The notes beneath the pieces are model-generated. The model saw nothing but the letters and a program-made list of their open reading frames with translations, was not told the DNA's origin and ran no database searches. A stretch of 62,012 nucleotides of DNA, filler included. It is 7 parts of 7 records of this genome, joined end to end, with 100 filler letters (N's around TTAATTAATTAA, not from the genome) between each part and the next. Parts side by side here need not be neighbours in the genome. Positions count along the whole stretch, not along the records: positions 47,659 to 57,415 come from SRR20825010_4845; positions 57,516 to 62,012 come from SRR20825010_4856; 5 more parts are not named here. One strand, 5' to 3'. The position numbers and the translations under genes were made by a program. How positions within the stretch are numbered: position 1 is the stretch's first letter; each line of letters starts with the position of its first letter. Below are positions 49,395-58,186 of the stretch, in pieces.

Positions 49395-49401
49395 CTCAAT
49401 T

Positions 49402-50637
49402 ATGGGTAGAATATACTTCGTTGTAATCGGTTCAATTTTATATTTTCTTTTTGACTGGTATGTTTTTCAATTGGTCAAGTCCTCAGTTTCCGACTGGGGA
49501 GTCACTCCTAAGCGCATAGTTTATACTGTTTACTTTTTATTGTCTTTTGGTTTTTTTGGGGGAATGCTTCTCTATGGTTCGCTAGATCCTATATCCTCGA
49601 AAAGCTTGCGTATATTTCTTATTTCAGGGTTTTTTATTCTTTTTTTAGGAAAGCTCTTTGCAGCACTGTTTCTGCTTCTGGATGATCTTCGACGCGGTTT
49701 TACAGCACTTTTCAATCTTCTTCCAAGTCAAAAAGAGACTCCATTAGATACGTCGCGCTCGGATTTTATGGGCAAAGCAGCTATCGTTGCTGCGGCTGTA
49801 CCCATGGTCACTTTGAGTTTTGGAATTTTGTCTGGGGCACATGATTATCGGGTACGAAAGAGAACCTTGCTCCTAAAAAATCTCCCAAAATCATTCGACG
49901 GAATTCGTGTTCTGCAGATTTCAGACATTCACACAGGGAGTTTTTTCAATAAAACCGCCGTGGCGGGTGGAGTTGATTTGATCAATGCTCAAAAAGCCGA
50001 TATGGTGTTTTTTACTGGGGATTTGGTCAATAACCAAAGCGATGAGGCCAAACCATATCTGGATATTTTTAAAAAGGTAAAGGCTCCAATGGGAGTCTTT
50101 TCAACAATGGGTAATCACGATTATGGGGATTACAATTCATGGTCTAGTCCGGAAGCAAAAAATGCGGATATTCGACAGCTCCATGAGATGCATAAGTATA
50201 TGGGATGGGATATTTTGTTAAATGAAAACAGGATAATCACCGAAAGTGGCGATCAAATGGCCATTCTGGGCTTAGAAAACTGGGGAGCTGGTCGTTTTTC
50301 GAAATATGGAAATATGGAAAAAACGATTCAGGGAACAGAAGAAACCCCATTCAAGGTGTTGCTTTCACACGACCCAAGCCATTGGGATGCACAGGTTAGA
50401 AAGGAGTATGCTAATGTTGATCTTATGCTCGCAGGCCACACGCATGGTATGCAGTTCGGAATTGAAATTGGCGATTTCAGATGGAGTCCTTCAAAATACA
50501 TCTACGACAGATGGGCCGATTTATATCAGGAGGGTGACCAATTTTTATATGTAAATAGAGGTTATGGTTTTATTGGTTATCCGGGCAGGGTAGGAATTCT
50601 TCCTGAGATTACGGTTTTGGAACTGAAATCTGTATAA
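49402..50637 (+). CDS. Membrane-anchored calcineurin-like metallophosphoesterase (YkuE-like)
   Basis: N-terminal TMs; SDIH, TGDLVN, GNHDY, LSHDP and GHTHG motifs. Confidence 0.92.
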   Translation: MGRIYFVVIGSILYFLFDWYVFQLVKSSVSDWGVTPKRIVYTVYFLLSFGFFGGMLLYGSLDPISSKSLRIFLISGFFILFLGKLFAALFLLLDDLRRGFTALFNLLPSQKETPLDTSRSDFMGKAAIVAAAVPMVTLSFGILSGAHDYRVRKRTLLLKNLPKSFDGIRVLQISDIHTGSFFNKTAVAGGVDLINAQKADMVFFTGDLVNNQSDEAKPYLDIFKKVKAPMGVFSTMGNHDYGDYNSWSSPEAKNADIRQLHEMHKYMGWDILLNENRIITESGDQMAILGLENWGAGRFSKYGNMEKTIQGTEETPFKVLLSHDPSHWDAQVRKEYANVDLMLAGHTHGMQFGIEIGDFRWSPSKYIYDRWADLYQEGDQFLYVNRGYGFIGYPGRVGILPEITVLELKSV

Positions 50638-50715
50638 TTCAATCTAAAAATTAAGACCTACTACTTTTTTTATTAAGCATATCAATTCTATATTGGAGGG
50701 CATTTAATCAGCCCG

Positions 50716-52053
50716 ATGATCAATAGCGTAGCAGCAAAATCCAGGATATTTTTCAAAGAGACCGTTTGGAATACTCCTTTGAATTCATTGCCGAAATGGC
50801 AGGCATTCCTATATCGACAAATTCGGATATGGCTGATTACTCTATCCGAATATGAAAGCGATAAATGTGCTGAAAAGGCCTCTGCACTGACTTATTTCTC
50901 TTTGCTGTCTGTTGTTCCCGTTGTAGCCATGGCCTTTGGGATCGCCACCATTTTTAGCCTCGACAATTATTTGAAAGCGGAGCTGGAAAAGTATTTTGCC
51001 GGACAGCAGGAGGTTCTTGAATATACACTCGACTTTGCCGACCGTATGTTGTCAAATTCCAATGGGGGAGTAATATCCGGGATTAGCGCCGTTTTTCTGA
51101 TTTATGCCGTTGCGCGACTATTAAATAATATTGAAATGACGTTTAACGATGTTTGGAATACCAAACGTGGGAGGTCATTTAAGCGCAAGGTCACCGATTA
51201 TATGTCGGTTATCTTTTTGGGGCCGGTTATATTGATAATTTCTAGTTCAGCAACTGTTTACGTTACCGGAAAAATTCAAAACATAGCTGGTGACCTTGAA
51301 TACTTAGGTTTTTTGGAACCGGTTATTCTTTTCTTTTTAAACCTCATTCCTTATACCCTTATCTGGTTTTTGTTGTTTCTGATTTACATTGTTTTCCCTA
51401 ACACAACTGTAAAAGCAAGACCAGCAATTATCGCTGGTATTTTGGCGGGGACGGCTTTTCAGCTCGTGCAGCTGGCATGGATCAATGGACAGGTTTACCT
51501 TTCGAATTATAGTGTTATTTATGGGAGTTTTGCTGCGCTTCCACTCTTCCTTATCTGGCTTCAGCTCAGTTGGACGATCGTGTTGCTTGGCGCTGAGTTC
51601 TGCTTTTCTGTTCAGAACATCTCCACTTGGACTTACATGGATGATGATAAACAACTGAGCAGAAAGCTCAAAAAGCGAATACTTTTTATGATTCTTCATC
51701 ATGTTATTAAAAAATTCGCTGAAGAGGATCGACCAATATCGTTTCAGGAAATTTGTCGCGAATTATTCATTCCAAATCGATTCATTAATCAGGTTTTTTA
51801 TGACCTGGAGGGCGCAGGCCTTGTTTCTCGTGTAAAGAATGAAACCGACAATGGTGACGAGTTTTTTCAGCCTGCAATGGATATTGGTAAGATTGATATC
51901 CATTTAGTCCTTAGAAAACTGGATTTAATCGGAATGGAAAAACTCAATAACCTGGAGCACAATGCATTCTATCATCAGATTGATGACGCCCTGAATATTA
52001 TAGAGAGTTACGGTAAGGGCTCAGAAGGCAATAAACTCCTCAAGGATTTATGA
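50716..52053 (+). CDS. YihY/BrkB-family membrane protein with C-terminal wHTH-like domain
   Basis: ASALTYFSLLSVVP and YSVIYGSFAALPLFLIWLQLSWTIVLLGAE motifs. Confidence 0.9.
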   Translation: MINSVAAKSRIFFKETVWNTPLNSLPKWQAFLYRQIRIWLITLSEYESDKCAEKASALTYFSLLSVVPVVAMAFGIATIFSLDNYLKAELEKYFAGQQEVLEYTLDFADRMLSNSNGGVISGISAVFLIYAVARLLNNIEMTFNDVWNTKRGRSFKRKVTDYMSVIFLGPVILIISSSATVYVTGKIQNIAGDLEYLGFLEPVILFFLNLIPYTLIWFLLFLIYIVFPNTTVKARPAIIAGILAGTAFQLVQLAWINGQVYLSNYSVIYGSFAALPLFLIWLQLSWTIVLLGAEFCFSVQNISTWTYMDDDKQLSRKLKKRILFMILHHVIKKFAEEDRPISFQEICRELFIPNRFINQVFYDLEGAGLVSRVKNETDNGDEFFQPAMDIGKIDIHLVLRKLDLIGMEKLNNLEHNAFYHQIDDALNIIESYGKGSEGNKLLKDL

Positions 52054-52533
52054 TTTACGAGGTTTGAAAGACCATGTAAATTCAAATTCAGAAACAATCG
52101 TTCCGTCAGTTTGTTTGCCTGTAGTTTTAAACGTTTTTACAACAGCCTCGCCACTCGACGTGCATTCTTCTACTGCATCGAATGCGTCTCGGACATTCTC
52201 ACAGGTGAAGTATACTTTGGAGACAGCTTTTTTAAGGAAGGACGCCTTGCAGTCAACGATGATAAAAGCGATAGATGGCTGGTGTCCTGTAATGGCAACA
52301 AGGCACGTTGTGGCAGTGGACAGCTCAGCTGCCATGCTCTGAACCGCAAAATACATAGACTGAAACGGGTTTTTGTTCACCCAATTAAAAGGAACTGAGG
52401 TTACGCATTTGTCTTCGGAGACCCTTTCCACCTTTAATCCCGAAATGAAACCCATGGGGAGGTTTTTCAGGCAATATAATCTGAACTTCCAGCCCGATAG
52501 GGCTTTAATAATTTTACTTTGTTTTGGGTTCAC
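52048..52533 (-). CDS. Hotdog-fold thioesterase-like protein (DUF4442/YiiD-like)
   Basis: NKNPFQSMYFAVQSMAAELST and ASFLKKA motifs. Confidence 0.75.
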   Translation of the reverse strand: MNPKQSKIIKALSGWKFRLYCLKNLPMGFISGLKVERVSEDKCVTSVPFNWVNKNPFQSMYFAVQSMAAELSTATTCLVAITGHQPSIAFIIVDCKASFLKKAVSKVYFTCENVRDAFDAVEECTSSGEAVVKTFKTTGKQTDGTIVSEFEFTWSFKPRKS

Positions 52534-52554
52534 GATGGGGAGGGGTATAAAGAA

Positions 52555-53094
52555 TCAACGTCTTGGTATTTCCGCAAATTCGAGATTTCCTTCTTTTTCT
52601 TGTTCTTTGATGATTTTCTTTTTTTGCTCATTCATGAAATATTCTTCCAATCTGGATTCCAAAAATTTGACCAGAAAGAATATACCTACCAAAAGCAGGT
52701 AATCGATGTAATAGATATTGGCAAAATTGGTTTCGATCCAAGGCTGAAGGATGATCTGCTCGAGGATAAACAAACCAAGGGCAACTGTGAGCATGATTGT
52801 GGAGGCCCTTTTGCCTACACGAGCTTTGGCTAGTTGATCAATTGTTTTGGTGAGCTCCTGATTTTTTATTTTTATTTCATCGTTTTGCTCTCTGATTTGG
52901 AGGTTGGCACCATCCAACTTTTTCTGAAGACGATCCGATACCCGTGTTATAACCTTTGCCTGAGCAACAAGTTCCTCATAGTCGTCGGAAAATTCATCAA
53001 GCTGTTCACGGTAGATCGAATGGGATTCCAGACGCGTTCTAAAATCTTTTAGTTTTTTAATCTCCTCATGATATAACTCCCTTGGATTTTCCAT
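52555..53094 (-). CDS. Hypothetical protein: N-terminal SiaD-like stalk/coiled coil plus two C-terminal TM helices
   Basis: 179 aa, 11 nt after siaC; DYEELVAQAKVITRVSDRLQKKLD, heptad region, then two hydrophobic segments. Confidence 0.75.
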   Translation of the reverse strand: MENPRELYHEEIKKLKDFRTRLESHSIYREQLDEFSDDYEELVAQAKVITRVSDRLQKKLDGANLQIREQNDEIKIKNQELTKTIDQLAKARVGKRASTIMLTVALGLFILEQIILQPWIETNFANIYYIDYLLLVGIFFLVKFLESRLEEYFMNEQKKKIIKEQEKEGNLEFAEIPRR

Positions 53095-53105
53095 TCTGCG
53101 TTATC

Positions 53106-53489
53106 CTAAAACTCCTCGATTTCCTGAAAGTTAATGTCCAAATCTAACAAATCTGCGTAATCTTCACCAGCCTCCATCATGTCTTCATCATCTTCTTCGT
53201 AATACCAGTTAATGACAAGTGTTTTGCCACTATCCTCCACTTTTGACAATTTCCGGAATACATCAAACAAGCATTTGGAAGAGCTAGTATTGAAATACTC
53301 AAACGAGAAGTTGGCAGTCAGTTCCTCTGCCTCGCTTTCTTCCACTTCCTCTAAAAGGTTTAGTATCTGCTCATAAAACAAGATAGAGTTTTCCGGACTT
53401 GACCTTCCTTTGATTTCAAGTAAATTAAGATCAGGGTCAAAACTGACAAGTGGTGTAACACGTGTGGGTTCTATGAACAATCTTTTCAT
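53106..53489 (-). CDS. siaC: SiaC-family regulatory phosphoprotein (DUF1987)
   Basis: IKGRSSPEN, FEYFNTSSSK (phospho-Thr motif) and INWYYEEDDEDMMEAGEDY. Confidence 0.9.
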   Translation of the reverse strand: MKRLFIEPTRVTPLVSFDPDLNLLEIKGRSSPENSILFYEQILNLLEEVEESEAEELTANFSFEYFNTSSSKCLFDVFRKLSKVEDSGKTLVINWYYEEDDEDMMEAGEDYADLLDLDINFQEIEEF

Positions 53490-53513
53490 ATGCTTTTCAA
53501 CGCCTCTAATGGT

Positions 53514-54074
53514 TTAAATATCCCTTGGCAATCTTACTTGCAAAGTGAAATAAGAAACATTCTCCGTTACTTGTTGAAATTTATATCGCAATTTTTGCCC
53601 ACCAGTTTTTCTGGCAATATCAATAAAGCCCAGCCCACCAGTTCCCTTTTCGGAAAACTCCTGTTCGTTCAATACTTTTTTATAAAGATCCCGAAGTTCG
53701 TCCGGGCTCACATTGTTAATGTCGTCTAAGCGAGACTGTATTTCAGCTATTTTGTCTGTTGGAACGTAATTACCCGTTTGGAGACTGTAAAACCGTTTTC
53801 TGGCTGCAATTAGAATCAGTGCAGACCTGGAGTCATAGCTGCTTACTCTTATTTCGTCAGTATTTACTTCGTCGAGATGATAATACAGATTTTGGATGCA
53901 CTCGGTAGCTACATTATAGAACTTTTTCTTAACCTTCCTGTTCTCCTCCAGCTCTTCTAACCGCTCCTCCAGAGTAGCGATCATCGAGGTGACCAAATCA
54001 AATGTCAACTCACCTTTATACATGAGTATGATGTTTTGGTCATAAATATTCTTGTAACTTCTTAAGTAATCCAT
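53514..54074 (-). CDS. siaB: SiaB-family protein kinase (DUF6272, GHKL-like)
   Basis: ILMYKGEL, KKFYNVATECIQNLYYH, TGN, ELRDLYK and KGTGGLGFIDIARK; directly upstream of siaC. Confidence 0.88.
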   Translation of the reverse strand: MDYLRSYKNIYDQNIILMYKGELTFDLVTSMIATLEERLEELEENRKVKKKFYNVATECIQNLYYHLDEVNTDEIRVSSYDSRSALILIAARKRFYSLQTGNYVPTDKIAEIQSRLDDINNVSPDELRDLYKKVLNEQEFSEKGTGGLGFIDIARKTGGQKLRYKFQQVTENVSYFTLQVRLPRDI

Positions 54075-54374
54075 TTATTCAGGTTATTCAATTCCAATTT
54101 TGAAATCTAAAGACTAAATACCAAATAATCCAAATCTTCGAAATAATATGAAAAGATTAGGCCAATTAAAATCAAGGAAATGTGTCAATTATCAATCGAT
54201 ATTCATCTTACTCGAAAGTAGCTTTTTTTTTAATTAGCCGTAAGTTTCCATGTTCTTATTTTGCCTGTTCACACTGGAATAAGCAAAATGATACGTCTAA
54301 TTAATCGTTTTTACAGAATATTTTGTACTTTAGGATTCCAGTGTTACCAGCGATTTTAACCAACCAGTACTAAT

Positions 54375-56273
54375 ATGTTAAAGAAAGATGTTTATGCAAT
54401 AGCATATGCTATTACTCTGCTTGTTGTAGCAGGGTCGGTTTTTTACTACATTTTTTTCGCTCAAAAAAATGTAATGAATTTTTTCAATAATGACCCTAAA
54501 CTAGTTCAAACAGCCACAAATCAGGGTGCGCTAGCACAGCAAATGACCAAAGCAGCTGTTGGAATGGGTTATTCTGAAAACGAAAGAAATTTCATTATTT
54601 TTCAAGCAGAACTTGGTAGGATTCTTCCGGTTTGGAGGCAAAATCACAACGCCTTGATTGCGGGTGATGAGAAATTGGGAATAAAAGCCCCAATCAAATC
54701 GGATGAATACGATAAGCTTCAGGAGGATATCAGGCATTACTTTAATGAATTGAATATCAATGCGGGCAATCTTCTGGATGTTGAATTCACTACCAATACC
54801 GCGGATGTTAACTACATGGCCTTAAGGGGATCGATTGAAACATTGATAAATACAGTCAAAAAGTATCAGACCGCAGCAGATAATATCAGTGAATTTCTTG
54901 TGGAGGAGTCACAATTTCACAAAACAGGTTTCAGCTGGTCTGAGAAAATTGTTTTGGCAGCTTTCTTCGGTTTGCTTTTGCTACAAGCTTTTTTAATATT
55001 TCGACCGTTATTTAAGTTGGCCGGAGATAACTACTTATCTGCAAATAAAGCCTATATAAAGGTGAAAAAATCCGAAGAAGAACTTCAGGTGAACTACCAG
55101 AAACAAAAAATTATTAACAAGAAACTGTACTTGTCGAGGAAGCAGCTTGAGGAAAATAACTCTAAACTTCAGGAGTCAGAGTCCAAATTATTAAGGAGCT
55201 CTGAGGAGCAAATCAAGATTAACGAACAATTGATTCGGGCCCAGGGCGATTTGAACGAAGCATATAAGAAGCTACAATCGTCCGAAGTGGAGATTCGGGA
55301 ATTGGCCGATAAGCAGCTTCAGGATAACGAAAAGCTGTTCCTTGCAGAGAAGAAGATCAAGGAAACGCTCAAAATGGAGCAAAAGAGTAAGGAAGAACTC
55401 AACAATGCTATCAACTCGCTGAAAAGTGCCCAATCCCAATTGGTACACTCAGAGAAAATGGCTTCTCTTGGTCAACTTACAGCGGGTATTGCACATGAGA
55501 TCAACAATCCGATTAACTTCATTTCTTCTGGGATGGTTTCTATAAAAATGTCAATAGAGTCTTTGAGAGAAATTGCTGAGGAATATTCACGTTTGGATGA
55601 AGGAGCTGATCCACAGGAAGTCATAGAAAACATTCGGGAGTTGAAGGAGGATCACGAGTATGATGAGATGATGGACGAGTTGGACGAACTCATTAAGGAT
55701 GTGAACTATGGTGTAACAAGAACCATTGAGATTGTGAAAGGTTTGCGTGTATTCTCCAGATTAGATGAAGAAGAAGTGAAAAGTGCCAACATCAACGAAA
55801 ACCTTGATGCTACACTCACACTATTGCGAAACAAAACAAAGAATAGAGTTAAGGTGTCCAAATTCTATGATGACAAAATGCAGGATATAGAATGTTATCC
55901 GGGTCAGTTGAATCAGGTATTTATGAATATCCTGAATAATGCTGTTCAGGCAATGCCGGAGGATCGAAAAGATGCAGAAATTACGATATATACGGAAGAG
56001 GCTAAAAATGATGTAGTTGTTCGAATCAAGGATAATGGGGTAGGGATACCTGATGAAATAAAAGATCGTATCTGGGAACCTTTCTTTACTACCAAAGCTG
56101 TAGGAGAAGGAACAGGATTGGGAATGTCTATTACTTATGGCATCATCGAAAAACACGGAGGCCGGATTGAACTCACCAGTGAATTGGGAAAAGGAACAGA
56201 GTTTGCAATCACCCTGCCAAAGAAAGTGCTCAAACCTGTCAAGCAGAATTCTGTAAAAGTAGCCGAAAGTTAA
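54375..56273 (+). CDS. Sensor histidine kinase (PilJ/NarX-like periplasmic bundle, long coiled coil, HisKA, HATPase)
   Basis: Two TMs; H-box [22 protein letters not shown]-box [11 protein letters not shown]1 DNGVG, F-box FFTTK and G2 GTGLG. Confidence 0.93.
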   Translation: MLKKDVYAIAYAITLLVVAGSVFYYIFFAQKNVMNFFNNDPKLVQTATNQGALAQQMTKAAVGMGYSENERNFIIFQAELGRILPVWRQNHNALIAGDEKLGIKAPIKSDEYDKLQEDIRHYFNELNINAGNLLDVEFTTNTADVNYMALRGSIETLINTVKKYQTAADNISEFLVEESQFHKTGFSWSEKIVLAAFFGLLLLQAFLIFRPLFKLAGDNYLSANKAYIKVKKSEEELQVNYQKQKIINKKLYLSRKQLEENNSKLQESESKLLRSSEEQIKINEQLIRAQGDLNEAYKKLQSSEVEIRELADKQLQDNEKLFLAEKKIKETLKMEQKSKEELNNAINSLKSAQSQLVHSEKMASLGQLTAGIAHEINNPINFISSGMVSIKMSIESLREIAEEYSRLDEGADPQEVIENIRELKEDHEYDEMMDELDELIKDVNYGVTRTIEIVKGLRVFSRLDEEEVKSANINENLDATLTLLRNKTKNRVKVSKFYDDKMQDIECYPGQLNQVFMNILNNAVQAMPEDRKDAEITIYTEEAKNDVVVRIKDNGVGIPDEIKDRIWEPFFTTKAVGEGTGLGMSITYGIIEKHGGRIELTSELGKGTEFAITLPKKVLKPVKQNSVKVAES

Positions 56274-56301
56274 TAGTTAGCCAGAGAAGGATCGATAGCA
56301 A

Positions 56302-57415
56302 ATGGAAAGTATAGAGAACGAGATTGGTACGGAAAGGCCAAAAAAAGTAAAGAAATACTCACTGCTTTATGTGGATGACGAGGCTACAAACCTTAGAGTA
56401 TTCAAATCAAATTTTAGGAAATTCTTCAACGTTTTTACCACAACCAACCCACTGGAGGTCAGTGATATCCTTAAGGAAAATGATATTCAGGTAATCGTAA
56501 CGGATCAACGAATGCCCGAGATGACGGGTACTGAATTGTTGGAAAAAATACTTCCAGACTACCCTGATTTGATCAAAATAATTTTGACGGGCTTTACGGA
56601 TATTGAAGCCATCAGGGACGGTATTAACAGATGTGGAATCCACAAGTATATAACCAAGCCCTGGAATTTTGAGGAAATGAAAGGGGTGCTCGATCGGGCA
56701 ATGGTTGCTTACCAGACTTCTTTGGATAGTGAGGAACATGTAAAAGAACTCGAAATTTCCAATATTGAACTCGAAAATAGAGTTAAAGAGCGAACGAAAG
56801 AATTGAATACCATAAATAAACGGTTGATCGATAGCATTCGTTATGCTGGTTTATTGCAGCAGTCCATGTTGCCAAATGAGCGCTATCTGAGCAGGTTGTT
56901 TTCCGATCATTTCGTGCTTTACAAAACTAAATACCTCTTCAGCGAAGAATTCGTGTGGACGACCAGTCTGAATTTTAGATCTGAGGATTACACCGTTGTT
57001 GCGCTGATCGAATTTGATGGTAAAGGTATCGTAGGTGCTCTCAAAACGTTGATTGCTGATTCTATTTTGAATGATTTGATTCAGGATAGGAAAATTTTCC
57101 ACACCGGAGATATAATAAAAGAGTTAAAGTCAGAAGTGGACGCAGCAGGGTCGGCAGAGTTGCAATGTGATCTTAAAGTGTCTGTAGCGCTTTTCGATAA
57201 CAACGAAAAGACCATGCAATTTAGTGGGATCAATCAGGACATGATTATTTTTAATGGCAAAAAAATGACAGTTCTTGAAGGCGAATCGGCTGACAATGTG
57301 CAGGATTTGCTTGCAGAGAAGATCGAAATGGACGAAGATGCAACCTATTACATGTTTTCAAATGGGTTTCATAATCAAAAGAATCAGGATGGTGTCCGTT
57401 TTTCAAAGGAGAAAT
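56302..57415 (+). CDS. Response regulator: REC domain plus degenerate PP2C/SpoIIE-like domain (3' truncated)
   Basis: Intact REC motifs (YVDDE, VTDQRMP, LTG, TKPW); linker DSIRYAGLLQQSMLP typical of RsbU-like proteins; the PP2C motifs are substituted. Confidence 0.85.
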
Positions 57416-57515
57416 NNNNNNNNNNNNNNNNNNNNNNNNNNNNNNNNNNNNNNNNNNNNTTAATTAATTAANNNNNNNNNNNNNNNNNNNNNNNNNNNNN
57501 NNNNNNNNNNNNNNN
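57416..57515. other. Artificial contig spacer
   Basis: N-runs with TTAATTAATTAA. Confidence 0.99.
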
Positions 57516-57516
57516 C

Positions 57517-58002
57517 GACACCGGCCCGCTGGTTGGCCACCTGGCTGCCTGGAACTACTTCCAGAGCGTTTACAACGACACCAACAATACCTTCATCGAC
57601 CAGTGGCACGCCTACACCGGTGACGACAAGCGCGTAACCAATGATCCCATGGAAGCTACCTATATCGGTTTCAACATGTGGGTGAAGGCCGTTGAGAAAG
57701 CCAAGTCCACCGATACCGATAAAGTGGCTGACGCCATGATTGGGATCCAGACACCGAACCTGACCGGCGGAACCGCCGTGATGAACGAGAACCACCACCT
57801 TTCCAAACCGGTGCTGATCGGTGAAATCCAGGACGACGGCCAGTTCGCTGTAGTCTGGGAAACCGAAGGTCTGGTGAAAGGCGATGCCTGGTCTGACTTC
57901 CTGCCAGGCTCCAAGGATCTGATCTCTGATTGGACGGCTCCGACCCAATGCGGCAACTACAACACCAAAACCAAAAGCTGCGGCGGTGCTTCAGCCGAAT
58001 AA
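57517..58002 (+). CDS. urtA: Urea ABC transporter substrate-binding protein, C-terminal part
   Basis: LVGHLAAWNYFQS, DPMEATYIGFNMW, NHHLSKPVLIGEI and GDAWSDFLP motifs. Confidence 0.93.
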   Translation, partial: DTGPLVGHLAAWNYFQSVYNDTNNTFIDQWHAYTGDDKRVTNDPMEATYIGFNMWVKAVEKAKSTDTDKVADAMIGIQTPNLTGGTAVMNENHHLSKPVLIGEIQDDGQFAVVWETEGLVKGDAWSDFLPGSKDLISDWTAPTQCGNYNTKTKSCGGASAE

Positions 58003-58013
58003 CTCTCTCGGAC

Positions 58014-58041
58014 CGCACCCCGGGCATTGCCCGGGGGTGCG
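58014..58041. other. Stable intergenic hairpin between urtA and urtB
   Basis: CGCACCCCGGGCA-T-TGCCCGGGGGTGCG; followed by an A-run, not a U-run, on the coding strand. Confidence 0.65.
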
Positions 58042-58186
58042 CGTCACAAAAAAAAACATTTCAACACCGTGAAAACCAGTGCGTGACCGGGGAATGGCGC
58101 CAGCCTTGAGGGCGCCCTTTCCTGCGTCATTCATCAGCCATCAGGACTCTGGCTTTCACCATTTAACGCCCCGTAAGGAGCCCGTC

